64,000 nt of DNA. Source: Candidatus Bathyarchaeota archaeon. GTDB lineage: Archaea; Thermoproteota; Bathyarchaeia; Bathyarchaeales; Bathycorpusculaceae. The DNA is taken from contig CAWHDT010000001.1 in the NCBI GenBank assembly GCA_963828195.1, positions 288,001 through 352,000 of the forward strand, in the 5' to 3' direction. The position numbers and the translations under genes were made by a program. The notes under the pieces were generated by a model. That model searched no databases, was not told the origin of the DNA, and worked only from the letters and a program-made list of their open reading frames with translations. Below are positions 36,901 to 47,139 of this stretch, piece by piece (positions within the stretch are counted from its first letter, which is position 1; every line of letters begins with the position of its first letter).

Positions 36901-39278
36901 TATTCCCCGCTTAACGTTTTTTTCCAGCTATGCCTCAACTCAGCAAGTGAAGCGTCAACGACTGTTTTTTGGTTTAAACCGTGGATTAGCAGTTTTTGGT
37001 CTTTAGTTACTTTGCCGATTTGAGCACAATTTTTGCCCTTCATTAACGCTTCAAATTGGTGTTTGTCGGTTTCTGAGACTTCAATGAGGAAGCGGCTGTT
37101 AGATTCTGAAAACAGTACAAAGTCATTTCGCGCAAGCTCTCTGCCAAGCACTTTAGCTAAATCCAGCTCCAAGCCCAAGCCGCCTGCAAACGCCATTTCC
37201 GCCGCCGCCACCGCCAATCCGCCTTCAGACAGGTCGTGGCACGACTTGATTAAGCCCAAGTCAATGGCTTTTGTTACGGCTTTGAATGTGCGTTTGGCTT
37301 TCGCTCCCTTCACTTTGGGAACGCTTGCGCCTAAGCAGCCTCTGAGTTTGTAGTATTCTGAACCGCCCAGTTCATTGAATGTTTCTCCGATTAGGTAGAG
37401 CAGGTTGCCGTGTGCTTTCAAATCCATAGATGTAGTGACTTGAATATTGGGAATTATACCTACAGCGGTTATCAGAAGCGTCGGCGTGACGGGACCCATC
37501 GGGGACTCGTTGTAGAGGCTGTCTTTTCCCGAGATAAACGGCGTCCTAAAAGCTGTTGCGAAGTCATAGCAGGCTTCACAGGCTCTCACAAGCGAGCCTA
37601 ACCGCTCCGGTTTCTCTGGGTTGCCCCACGTGAAGTTATCCAGCAGCGAAATTCTTCTTCCGCCGACGGCAACGTTGTTTCTGACTGCCTCATCAATAGC
37701 TGAAGCAGCCATCCAGTAAGCATCAATCTTTCCATAATTCGGGTTCATCCCGCATGAAATAGCCAAGCCCTTCCATGAGTCATCGAGTGGTTTCAGAACC
37801 GCCGCGTCGTTTGGTCCCGCGTACTCACCCTGTAAGGGTTTTAGCGTTGTATTTCCTTTTACTTCATGGTCATATGTGCGAATCACACTTTCTTTGCTGG
37901 CGATGTTTGGTGCAGAAAGAAGCTGCAGCAGGGTTTCAGTTAGGTTTTCTGGCTGCGAAAACTCGGGCTCCAAGAGCTTGAAGGTTTCAATGATTGCTGT
38001 TTTCGTGCTGCTGCAGGGGTTAAACAGAAAAGTCATGTCTATATCGGCTACTTTCTGGCCGTTGAAATTAAGCTGTAGACGACGTTGGGTTGTTAGTTTG
38101 CCTATTGCTGTGGCTTGAACGTCTTCTTTCTCAAAAATTGCCATAACTCGCTCAAGGTTTTCGGGCGGAACTGTTATGAGCATTCTTTCTTGGGATTCTG
38201 ATATGTAAATTTCCCATGGAGCTAAACCCTGATACTTCAACGGCACCTTATCTAGTTCAACGATTGTTCCGCAGCCGAATTTTTCAGCTGTTTCGCCGAC
38301 TGCCGACGACAAGCCTCCTCCCCCGAGGTCAGTTGTTGAAGACGCTAATTGCACGTCACGGATTTCTATTATTGCCCGCTTAACTTTTTCTTCTTCAATC
38401 GGGTCAGCAATCTGCACGGCGGGGCGAGAGATTTCTTCTGATTTTTCGGTTAGTTCGGCTGAGGCGAAGGTTACGCCGTGTATGCCGTCGCGCCCTGTTT
38501 TTCCGCCTGCCAAAACGATTATGTGTTCGGGTTTGGCGTTTTTGACGAATTTGTTTAACGGTAAGAGTCCTATGCACCCGCAGTACACTGTGACGTTGCC
38601 TGTGTAGCTTTCGTCAAAGTAGATTGCCCCGTTGACAGTGGGGATGCCCATGTTGTTGCCATACGCGCTGATGCCTGCAGTGACGCCCATGTACACGTAT
38701 TTTGGGTGTTTTATACCGGCGGGCAACTTTTTGTAATCGTAATCTAGCGGTCCGAAGCCTAAAACGTCGGTGCAAGCGATTGGGTCAGCCCAGACGCCTA
38801 AGATGTCTCGAATTACGCCGCCGACACCTGTTGCTGCGCCGCCGAAGGGTTCAATTGCGGACGGGTGGTTGTGTGTTTCCACTTTTGCCGCTATTCCATA
38901 GCCCTTGTCGAAGCGAACGATACCGGCATTGTCTTCGAAGACGCTGAAGCACCATGGCGCCCTGATTTCTTTGGTGGCTTTTGCAATGTAGGTTTTGAAT
39001 AGGCTGTCGATTTCTCTGTCGCCGATTCGGATTTTTCCTTTGAAGGTTTTGTGGCAGCAGTGTTCTGACCATGTTTGGCTGATTGTCTGCAGTTCCACAT
39101 CGGTCGGGTTCCTGTCTTCCTTAATAAAATAAGCTTGTGTAGCCTTCATTTCGTCTAAGCTTAATCCTAAGGCGAGTTCGCTGCTGATTTCGACTAGTTG
39201 CTGGTCGCTGGCTTTTGCCAACGCAACCTGGAGGAGTGCGCTGCCGGCTTTGCTTTGGATGTAGAGGTTAGCGTTCAT
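36897..39278 (-). CDS. purL: FGAM synthase synthetase subunit
   Basis: WSEHCCHK, KVETHNHPSAIEP, GRDGIHG, SESQERM, SGKDSLYNE, HDLSEGG. Confidence 0.97.
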   Translation of the reverse strand: MNANLYIQSKAGSALLQVALAKASDQQLVEISSELALGLSLDEMKATQAYFIKEDRNPTDVELQTISQTWSEHCCHKTFKGKIRIGDREIDSLFKTYIAKATKEIRAPWCFSVFEDNAGIVRFDKGYGIAAKVETHNHPSAIEPFGGAATGVGGVIRDILGVWADPIACTDVLGFGPLDYDYKKLPAGIKHPKYVYMGVTAGISAYGNNMGIPTVNGAIYFDESYTGNVTVYCGCIGLLPLNKFVKNAKPEHIIVLAGGKTGRDGIHGVTFASAELTEKSEEISRPAVQIADPIEEEKVKRAIIEIRDVQLASSTTDLGGGGLSSAVGETAEKFGCGTIVELDKVPLKYQGLAPWEIYISESQERMLITVPPENLERVMAIFEKEDVQATAIGKLTTQRRLQLNFNGQKVADIDMTFLFNPCSSTKTAIIETFKLLEPEFSQPENLTETLLQLLSAPNIASKESVIRTYDHEVKGNTTLKPLQGEYAGPNDAAVLKPLDDSWKGLAISCGMNPNYGKIDAYWMAASAIDEAVRNNVAVGGRRISLLDNFTWGNPEKPERLGSLVRACEACYDFATAFRTPFISGKDSLYNESPMGPVTPTLLITAVGIIPNIQVTTSMDLKAHGNLLYLIGETFNELGGSEYYKLRGCLGASVPKVKGAKAKRTFKAVTKAIDLGLIKSCHDLSEGGLAVAAAEMAFAGGLGLELDLAKVLGRELARNDFVLFSESNSRFLIEVSETDKHQFEALMKGKNCAQIGKVTKDQKLLIHGLNQKTVVDASLAELRHSWKKTLSGEY

Positions 39279-39526
39279 TTCTGCTCCTCAACGGTTACTG
39301 TGTAGTTGTCTTTAGTTGGGTTTGCCAAAAGGCGCTTGCTCATTTCTTCAGCTTTTTCTTTAGCTTCTTGGAGTTTTGGCGCTTCCAAGGTGACTGTGTA
39401 AACTTTGCTAACATTTACCGCTTGCACTTTGTAGCCGAGTTCTTTCAGCAGGCGCGCGGTTGTTTCCCCTTCAGGATTGCTGTGACCGGGTTTAAGGCTA
39501 ACTTCAATTTTAACGCGGTATTTCAT
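39275..39526 (-). CDS. purS: FGAM synthase small subunit
   Basis: LKPG..NPEG, LLANP..DNY. Confidence 0.93.
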   Translation of the reverse strand: MKYRVKIEVSLKPGHSNPEGETTARLLKELGYKVQAVNVSKVYTVTLEAPKLQEAKEKAEEMSKRLLANPTKDNYTVTVEEQK

Positions 39527-39585
39527 AAAGCCCTTAAATTAAGCAAGAAGATTTAAACGCTTTTGTACTAAAAAAAGCAAAAAGT

Positions 39586-40665
39586 TTATGTCAGCAACAT
39601 CTTTTTGTCTTGATAGCGGATTTCCACGGTTTGTCGAGAAGTTACTTTCCCGATTATTTCAGGTTTAACGCCTTCTTGCTCAAGCGCACTCATGGCTTTG
39701 TCGATTTCTTTTTTATCCACAATTAACCCAAACCCCCAGCCCATGTTGAAGGTTTTGAACATTTCCTCGTCACTGATGCTGAAGCCCAGTTCAGACGCTG
39801 TCTTTTGAATCAACCCGAATATTGGTTGAGGATTGAAGTGGTTGAATTCAAAGCCTATGCCAGGCGAGGAACCTGCAAGATTATTGAATTTCGTGTAGGC
39901 GTCGCCCGTGATGTGTACGGCTGCTTTGACCTTAACTTCGTTTGCCAGCGCAAGGACGGGTTTGACGTAAATTTCTGTGGGTTCAAGAGCTTCAAGAACG
40001 ATTTCTCTGCCTAAGCCTTCTGGGACGTCATCCGGCTCGTATTTTCCGCCCCACTGCTTGAACAATATTTTTCTTGCCATCGTTATGCCGTTGCTGTGCA
40101 ATCCGCTGCTGGGTAAACCTATAATCGGGTCGTCAGGCTTGATGTTTTCGCCAGTTATGATTTCTTGCCTCGCAACTTCACCGACGGAAGCCACCACCAT
40201 GTCAAAACCTGCGTTTTCAGCTAAGCCCTTTATTATTTCAGCTACGTCGCCTGTTTCGCCGCCTGTAACTGGGCATTGGGCTTGAGCGGCGCCCTGCATG
40301 ATTCCTTTCAGCCACTCTTTCACCAGCCCTGGGTTGCTTTCCTGCGCATGAATGTTATCTGCTATCGCAAGCGGTTTAGCTCCTGAACGGATGACGTCGT
40401 TGACCGCCATGGCTACTGCGTCGACGCCGATTGTGTCATATTTCCCCGCCAGCTGGGCTAAAAGAACTTTGGTGCCGACGCCTTCGATGACCAAGTCGAG
40501 ATAGGTGTTTTCTGTAATTGGAAAAATGTTGCCGTATGGCAGATGCATGACGCCGCCGAATAGGCTGTATTTGTAGGTTTCTTTGAGGTTTTTGAGCGCT
40601 TTTTTGGATTCCACGCGTTGCTGGCGGTTTACGCCTGCATCTGTGTATGTGTAGTTTTTAGGCAA
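39586..40665 (-). CDS. purM: AIR synthetase
   Basis: YTDAGV, EGVGTK, GGET, SSGLHSNG, HITG, EMFKTFNMGWG. Confidence 0.95.
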   Translation of the reverse strand: MPKNYTYTDAGVNRQQRVESKKALKNLKETYKYSLFGGVMHLPYGNIFPITENTYLDLVIEGVGTKVLLAQLAGKYDTIGVDAVAMAVNDVIRSGAKPLAIADNIHAQESNPGLVKEWLKGIMQGAAQAQCPVTGGETGDVAEIIKGLAENAGFDMVVASVGEVARQEIITGENIKPDDPIIGLPSSGLHSNGITMARKILFKQWGGKYEPDDVPEGLGREIVLEALEPTEIYVKPVLALANEVKVKAAVHITGDAYTKFNNLAGSSPGIGFEFNHFNPQPIFGLIQKTASELGFSISDEEMFKTFNMGWGFGLIVDKKEIDKAMSALEQEGVKPEIIGKVTSRQTVEIRYQDKKMLLT

Positions 40666-40782
40666 CCTGTTTTTCTCCCCGCTAATGTTTCTCTAAGTTA
40701 AAGATAACACTTATGCTTGTTCAAATCCGAAAGAATAAAAACCATGTGGCTTAACTCCAAAACTATTTCTGAAAGTTTTTGA

Positions 40783-40943
40783 AAGAAGAACAACAACACC
40801 CGGGAAACAACTGTTGTTCTTCTCGGGCAATATTTTTTCAAAAGAAGAAGAAGCCTGTGAAAAGTTTTTTTCTTCTTCTTTTGCTGTCTGTTTCTTTTTG
40901 TGGTTGTTTTTTGGCGCAAATAGTAGGCAGGTCTATAGGTAGG
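40783..40943 (-). promoter_or_regulatory. Conserved two-hairpin element upstream of the purM-S-L-Q operon (copy 2)
   Basis: Reverse complement matches 29887-30038: cctatagacct.cct.ctatttgcgccaaaa..caaccacaaaaag plus both hairpins. Confidence 0.7.
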
Positions 40944-41178
40944 TCGGCGGCTTGGATTCAGGGTTTATTTTGAGCTGATTTTTTGGTTTAGAGCTTGTTT
41001 TGTTTTCAGGCTCAGGCTAGAAAAGACGCAAAAAGATACGGAAAGATTCAGGAAGATGGGAAAAAGATATAAAAAGGCAACTTTCAACACGCCTAAAGCT
41101 ATTATTCATCCGAGAACTAAGCGAACCAATATATTTACGCAAACCCAAAACAAACAGGTCCATAGTGCAGTAGCGTTT

Positions 41179-41282
41179 GCGGTCGTAGTCTAGCTTGGTA
41201 GGACATCAAAGTAACGCTATCATTAACGTTACCATGTAAGCTTCCCAAGCTGACGGCCCGGGTTCAAATCCCGGTGACCGCA
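41179..41282 (+). tRNA. tRNA-Gly(CCC) with a 31-nt non-canonical intron (41209-41239, between positions 29/30)
   Basis: GCGGTCG/TGACCGC acceptor stem; TCA|GC-TTCCCAA-GCTGA anticodon arm after splicing; BHB-like central helix ACAT/ATGT; GGTTCAAATCC T-arm. Confidence 0.92.
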
Positions 41283-41433
41283 CCTCAGCACGCCTCAACA
41301 GAAACCAGACAGCCCTCTTCCCGGACACGCTGGACGGGTTGAAAACTCGAACGAGAGTGCCACCACAAGATCAAAGTCATGTGGTTGAGGAAAAGGTAGA
41401 AGCGAAAAAAGGGAAAACTTGGCCAAATGATGC

Positions 41434-41844
41434 CTAAGGGTTTAATTGCTTAGTGTTCGTCGTTGGCTTGTGTTTTATCTTTGGGATCGTTATTTCAACG
41501 ACATTGTTGTTGTGGCACTGAGATACGATGAACAGCATGTTTTCCAGTTGCAGATCTTTTAGGTTTAACGGAATATTTCTGCTGCACACGTCACCGCAAA
41601 CAACTATTTCTGATTCTTTCTTGACATGGCACTGTTCCTTGCAAACTGTTATTCCATCATGATCCTTGTTCACATGAATACTAACTTGCTCTTCTTGACA
41701 TCTACATTGAACCAAAAGCCTAACAGTGTCTTCTTCGTCGATAACATCTATCAAAGGCTCCTCATATTGTTCAAAACTAGTGCTATCTAAGGTGGGTTTC
41801 TTAACAAGCACTTTACAGAGATTAACATCGAAACTATCTTCCAT
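41434..41844 (-). CDS. Hsp20/alpha-crystallin-like protein, Cys-rich variant
   Basis: EEPLIDVIDEEDTVRLLV and NNNVVEITIPK resemble sHsp strands. Confidence 0.55.
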   Translation of the reverse strand: MEDSFDVNLCKVLVKKPTLDSTSFEQYEEPLIDVIDEEDTVRLLVQCRCQEEQVSIHVNKDHDGITVCKEQCHVKKESEIVVCGDVCSRNIPLNLKDLQLENMLFIVSQCHNNNVVEITIPKIKHKPTTNTKQLNP

Positions 41845-42215
41845 GTTTTTCGCCTTCTAACAAAGAAGTGTCGCCAAAACGTGCTTTATTCGTGCAAACA
41901 TTGCTGCTCGTTGGCTATTCTCCTCACCACTAACATGATAGTTGGCTGGGTTAGAAACCTTTCGCAACCGGTCAGAGTCCTTGCCATCCTGTTCAGTGGC
42001 ATAAAACCAGAATTTGATTTTACAAAGGTGTGCGCACCTCAGCTGGCGGGCATGTTGCGCTCAACTTCAAAATTTGGGGTCCAAGTAAAATTCTGTGCAT
42101 TACAAATGCACAAGTTTGTATTTCAATAATGCACACTTTCTCCTGTGAGAACTCGGAAATTAATCTGCCAGTCAGGTTGCTCCAGTTGATATAAAAAATT
42201 TTATGAAAGACCCTT

Positions 42216-43166
42216 TTATAATTGTACCGTAACACCGGTGTGGACAAATTCTCCATAGACATCAATAAATAATGAATCTATGTTTTGTCTCGATTTTTTA
42301 TATGCCGATGCGCCTGCACAAAATGTCATTGCCACCATTACTACAATCATTGAAATGATCGCTACAGTGCTGAACTCAGGTACAGAAGTGCTTTGAGTAT
42401 TCACAGTTACTGAGCTGGCAGTCGAGTTCTCAGCTGCTCCAGTGGCATCAGTGACCTGAAGCATGACGGTCCAGTTGCCTGGTGCCATAGACTTTGAGGT
42501 TGTAAAGCTGTAGCAAGAGGAAGTTGCATTGCCAATAAGTGAATAAATGGACGTGCCTGGGGCCTCGCTGAACCATTGATACGTGTAAGGCGTAGCGCCC
42601 GTTGTGACAACGGAAGATAAATCCGAAGTCTGACCCTGAACCAAAGTGCTGGGAGAGGCTGATATGAAGGGCGCAGCCAAAGGATAGGCATCTGATACAA
42701 CCTTGACCGTGTCAGAAACGTAGCCGGTCCAAGAGTTGTCGAAGGAATTGGTCACGAAGATTTCGTTTTTGCCAGAATCATCTGTCACACCTCCTGGCGC
42801 ATCTCCTACAGGTACGGTAGCAACCACGGTATTGCTGCTGTCCGATATAACTGAAACAGTGTCATCACCGACATTGGTCACGAATATTTCGCTTTTGCTC
42901 GAATCGTAAGCTACACCAAAAGGGGAGTTTCCCGCGGGTATAGTAGCAACCACGGCATAAGTGCTATCCGATATAACCGAGACAGTGCCTGAGCCTGCAT
43001 TAGCCACGAATATTTCGGTCTTGTCCGAATCATAAGCCACTCCTTCAGGCATGTTTCCCACCGTTACCGTGGCTGTTACTCCAAGAGCATGAACAACTGC
43101 GCCTGACGAGGCAAGAACTATATTGAGCAAAATTAGAGTAGCTACGATTTTCTTCAAGTTTCCCAT
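42216..43166 (-). CDS. YVTN-repeat surface protein with a PEF-CTERM-like sorting signal
   Basis: Signal peptide; about 3 repeats of P.GVAYDS.K.EIFV.N....TVSVISD; Ig-like region; VPEF + TM + KK. Confidence 0.8.
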   Translation of the reverse strand: MGNLKKIVATLILLNIVLASSGAVVHALGVTATVTVGNMPEGVAYDSDKTEIFVANAGSGTVSVISDSTYAVVATIPAGNSPFGVAYDSSKSEIFVTNVGDDTVSVISDSSNTVVATVPVGDAPGGVTDDSGKNEIFVTNSFDNSWTGYVSDTVKVVSDAYPLAAPFISASPSTLVQGQTSDLSSVVTTGATPYTYQWFSEAPGTSIYSLIGNATSSCYSFTTSKSMAPGNWTVMLQVTDATGAAENSTASSVTVNTQSTSVPEFSTVAIISMIVVMVAMTFCAGASAYKKSRQNIDSLFIDVYGEFVHTGVTVQL

Positions 43167-43379
43167 ACTTAGTTGTTTGCTACGTTTTCCTTATACAACT
43201 TTCGCAATTATTCTTCTGGCCTAGTTGACAACTCGACAAGTTAGCGCTTACGGCATGAAAAAATTTTCATAAGCAGCAAATAAAATTAGAAAGAAAACTC
43301 TCTAAGTGTAATAGTCGCCCAATTTTTTTTCCAGCTTTTGCAGCTCAAAAATTACTTTTCAACCATCTTTCCGACAATG

Positions 43380-43632
43380 TCACGGCGGAACTATTTCGGC
43401 GTCTGCGCAGCCGCTGCCTATTTCTGTTATTTTGATTTTTAAGTGTTCTTTGGGTTTTGCGTTGCAGATGAAGATTGGGAATCCTTTGATTTTGGCGATG
43501 CCGTCTCCTCTCGGTGTCATATCTTCTATTTCTACTTCGTATTCATCGCCAATTTCGAATGGGTAATCTATGCCTTTTCCGCGTTTGTTTTTTGCGTTTC
43601 TTGGTGCTCGTTTTTTTGGGCTAAAAGTTCAT
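43380..43632 (-). pseudogene. TRAM-domain RNA-binding protein with an apparent 1-nt frameshift just after the ATG (not in ORF track)
   Basis: Translation ...PFEIGDEYEVEIEDMTPRGDGIAKIKGFPIFICNAKPKEHLKIKITEIGSGCADAEIVPP*; GAGG-preceded ATG at 43632 is out of frame by one T. Confidence 0.75.
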
Positions 43633-43774
43633 CTTCCTCGCTTTCACAATTTGTTAATAGTAAATGAGTGTTCAAGCGCATAAGGGTTTTGTTTCGGTGA
43701 CTTGGGCGCAAAAAAGAAAAAAGCAAGCTTTACCATATTTATGGTGGTGTTGAAAGATACTTTCGGCTTTTATC

Positions 43775-44035
43775 ATGGTTCCCGTTCCAAACTACTCGGG
43801 TTACACTCAATTTTTAAGGTGCCCAAACTGCGGGTCACAAGTGCCAGCGTACTCTAACTACTGCAACATCTGCGGCGTGGCGCTGCACCAACCGATTCTG
43901 CTTAAAATCTGCCCCCGATGCAAAACCAAGATCATCGCCTCAGCTAAATTTTGCCCTGAATGTGGAAAAAAACAAGAAGCTTTGATCCCTAAGCTAAGCG
44001 CGACGTCTACGGTGAAGGCGGCAAACCATGGCTAG
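43775..44035 (+). CDS. Double zinc-ribbon protein
   Basis: CPNCG...YCNICG...CPRCK...FCPECG. Confidence 0.85.
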   Translation: MVPVPNYSGYTQFLRCPNCGSQVPAYSNYCNICGVALHQPILLKICPRCKTKIIASAKFCPECGKKQEALIPKLSATSTVKAANHG

Positions 44036-44501
44036 CTTTCTCACGTAGCCTTTCAAGCCAGATTTGATGCTGCTGCTCCATTCGGTTTGGTCTGAGGGCT
44101 TTTCCAAGCCTTGCAATTCCGCCTCCCTGCGTCTCCTCTGAGAAGACGTTGCAGCCTTGATCAGTTTTCTGAATAAGCCAGGCATGGTAAGTGTTAAGCC
44201 CTGTGCCGTGAGCGTCCCAAGCAAGCCGTTCGTAGGGCACAAATTCAAGAACTGTAGATTCGATGGTTGCACCGAAGGTTTTCCAGCGGAACTTTGTGCC
44301 TAAAGCAAGGTCTGGGGGTTGACCGCTGAGGAACCTGATGTTTGCTGAGTTAGGGTACCATGTTGGCCAAAGTTGCGCGCGAATAAGCCATGCCCAAACC
44401 GTTTCTGGGGTGGAAGCTATCGCCAACTCATTTCGGGCGTGAACGGGACAATTTGCTGGATCATACTCGCTTGGCCAAACGACTTGATTTGTTTTAGCCA
44501 T
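44007..44501 (-). CDS. SRPBCC/START-like (polyketide cyclase) domain protein
   Basis: IASTPETVWAWL...WPTW, EFVPYERLAW, WLERLREKA. Confidence 0.85.
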   Translation of the reverse strand: MAKTNQVVWPSEYDPANCPVHARNELAIASTPETVWAWLIRAQLWPTWYPNSANIRFLSGQPPDLALGTKFRWKTFGATIESTVLEFVPYERLAWDAHGTGLNTYHAWLIQKTDQGCNVFSEETQGGGIARLGKALRPNRMEQQHQIWLERLREKASHGLPPSP

Positions 44502-44556
44502 TTACAAAACCTCCATAGTAATGAATTGTTTTCTTAGCTAAAAAACTTGCTAACGT

Positions 44557-46928
44557 CTAGTTAGGCTGAGTTGGTTGTGTTTGCGGCGATTGAATGCTAA
44601 ACTGTTGAAGGGGTTGGATTTTTTTCCATTCTACAACTACATTCTTTTTCAGCGACTTCTCAAACACATCTTTTTTCTTGTTTACCGCGTACTCTTCTAA
44701 AACTGGGTTCTCACGAACCGTCGCCAAAAGGGTCACGGTTTCAAGATTTACCCGGGTTTGCACTTCTTGAACTATAGATTGATGTGCAAAGTCCAAGGCG
44801 TCTGCTAAGCGCAAAATTCCAGCCAAAATCGTAACCTTACGCTTTAATTCACGGCTCAGCGACTTAAAGTTATAGTGCTTATACTGTGGAACGTTTTTGC
44901 GGTGATACCGAGCTACGTCCCCTATGACTCGTCTCTCGATAGAGGTGAATGGCAATCGGGTCTCGTTTAGAATTAAGTTTAACGATTTCTTATGGTGTTC
45001 TTTCCGTCCTTGTGACAACCCTATATCGTGGAGAATCGCTGCGCATTCGAGCCAGCAACGTTCCCTTTTGCCGAGTTTGTGTAGGTCCTGCAAGGCGTCA
45101 AAGAGTTCCAGAGCCAATTTTCCCACTTGCTCGGAATGCTGCGTGTCTGGCCAATATTTCTTTGCAACTCTTCGGGCGCTTCTACCCATCAAAGTGCATT
45201 TTCTTTCCATGTCGTTCTCTCGAGCTTTATCCTGCGCGACTATATCCTCAAGAGGTAGCCCGCGAAGCAGCATCTGGGCATAACTTTCGGGAGCTCCAAT
45301 CCTTCTAAGGTTGTCGGCTGCTGCCTCTACGTCATAGCTAACCCTTATCAGCTCTACAGAGAATGGGTTGGCAGTTATCATCGCATAGGCAGCTTGAGGT
45401 TTTCCGTCACCGGGCCTTCCCACGCTTCCTGGGTTAATTAATAAAGCCCCCTCCGCCTTTTTTGTGAATTGCTCACGTGACTGACCCAAAACAATTATGT
45501 CTGCCCCCGCGGTTTTGGCTAATTCTTGGAATTTCTCGTCTGGCGTATCATGGTCAAGCTGTTCGTTAACTGAGTCGAGGGTTTCGTGAATCATGACAAG
45601 TTTTTTGTGAGCGATTTCAAGCTCAAGCTTTGAACGCAAGGTTCGAAGATAAGTTTCATAAGCTTTTGACAAGGTCTCTCTCAAGTAGTGCAGAGCGAAT
45701 TTTTTTGGGTCTTTCCCACGGTTATTTCTGTCCAAGACTTCAAGGTCGAAATTTCCGACTATGCTAAGCGCGCTCTTCAGGTACAGCGTCTGTATGACTT
45801 CGTTAGGAAAGGCTCCGAACCCAATTATGTCGCCAGCGTTTAGAAAAACAGTTATTCCTCGGCGTTCCGCATCCTGCAGTACCGCTTCAAGAGCATTCAG
45901 GTTAGCCTGAATATCCGCCATTACCGCAATTTTCACGTAGGGATTCTCCAACTGTGCCTTCGCTCTATACGCCACGGCTGCAAACCCCGCGCTCGCATTT
46001 TTCCTCAATTCCTCAAAGACGTTTTCGCCCTTCCTTTTATCCCAAAATCTTACAAAGTTTTCGTAATGGTTTTTTCTTTTTTCCTTAATGTAGTTAAGGA
46101 ATTTAAGAAGATCCTGATTGCCCTCAGCAATCGCTTTTTCGTTATGTATTTCATTTATGAATTTTGGAATCTGCTCGATCCACACGTCGCAGTCGTGCAT
46201 TTCGCCAAGCGTGTCCTGAAAATTCTTCATCATTTTTATTTCTTCAGAGAGTTCGTCTTGGTAGAGTGGTGCAAAAGTTTCCATTGTGTATCGGAGCCAT
46301 TTGGCTCGAATGCGCATTGCATGATGTTTAAGAACTTCGTTTTCCTTGTGGACGTACTCTTCCATGGATATGAACTCGTCAAGTTTTGGGGATATCTGCC
46401 AGAAGGCTTTTTCGCGAACAGCGAACAAGTCAAACGAGGTGCTTGTGGTTTCTTTAACGATTTTTTCGCAGTAATAGGCTGTTTGCTGCAAAACCCTTGA
46501 CTCTTCAAGCTCCTGCAACCCGCCAATTATGTTTGATTGCATTTGAGCTCTTTGGTCGATGTACGACTCAAGAAGGGCATCCATCCCCGTTTTGGGCTCG
46601 ATAGGTGAAAGCCGTTCAATATAGTCTTTTATAACGGAGATTTGCACGTCCAAATCTCTTGCGCTGCCTAAGAACTGAGTAACTTTCTTGATTTCGCTTA
46701 GCCATTTTTTGTAGCTTTTTTTGGAAAGCATTCTTTGAAAAGAGGCATGGTGGCTCTTATTCTGCGGGAGGTGACCCGCATTTTATGGACGTATTCTATG
46801 TCTTCGCTTTTTTCAACCCCCGCGATTTGGGCTTCAATGGTTTGAAGAAGTTTCGCAAGGGCTTCAGCTCCGAAGCGGCAGTAGTTAGAATCAGTCGAGG
46901 TACCGTTAAGGTCGAGGCGAGTATTCAT
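44557..46928 (-). pseudogene. CHAD + degenerate metallophosphoesterase + HD fusion, split by a -1 frameshift at an A7 run (~46716-46722)
   Basis: ORF 46698-46928 (DIEYVHKMRVTSRR) and ORF 44557-46731 together align with the intact paralog at 50470-52809. Confidence 0.85.
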
Positions 46929-47139
46929 AACAAATTCATCGATATAGTAAGCTACTTATCAAGTTTCTTCTTTCTTTTTAATCCAGCATAACTCACACAA
47001 AACACTCAAAAAAGCAGCTTTCGTGAAAATAGCACTCGCTCGTTCGTTGGAATCTATAGACCATGCGCATTATGCTATATAGTTGCCGTCTCATCTACAT
47101 TGGAAATAGTTAAATCTCTCCTATGATTCCTAGTGAATT

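Noticed and set aside
40698-40973. Two overlapping short ORFs with poly-K and poly-L runs
   Set aside because: Translations of the AAG/CTT-rich non-coding element
43443-43667. 74-aa Phe-rich plus-strand ORF
   Set aside because: Antisense shadow of the TRAM-domain gene
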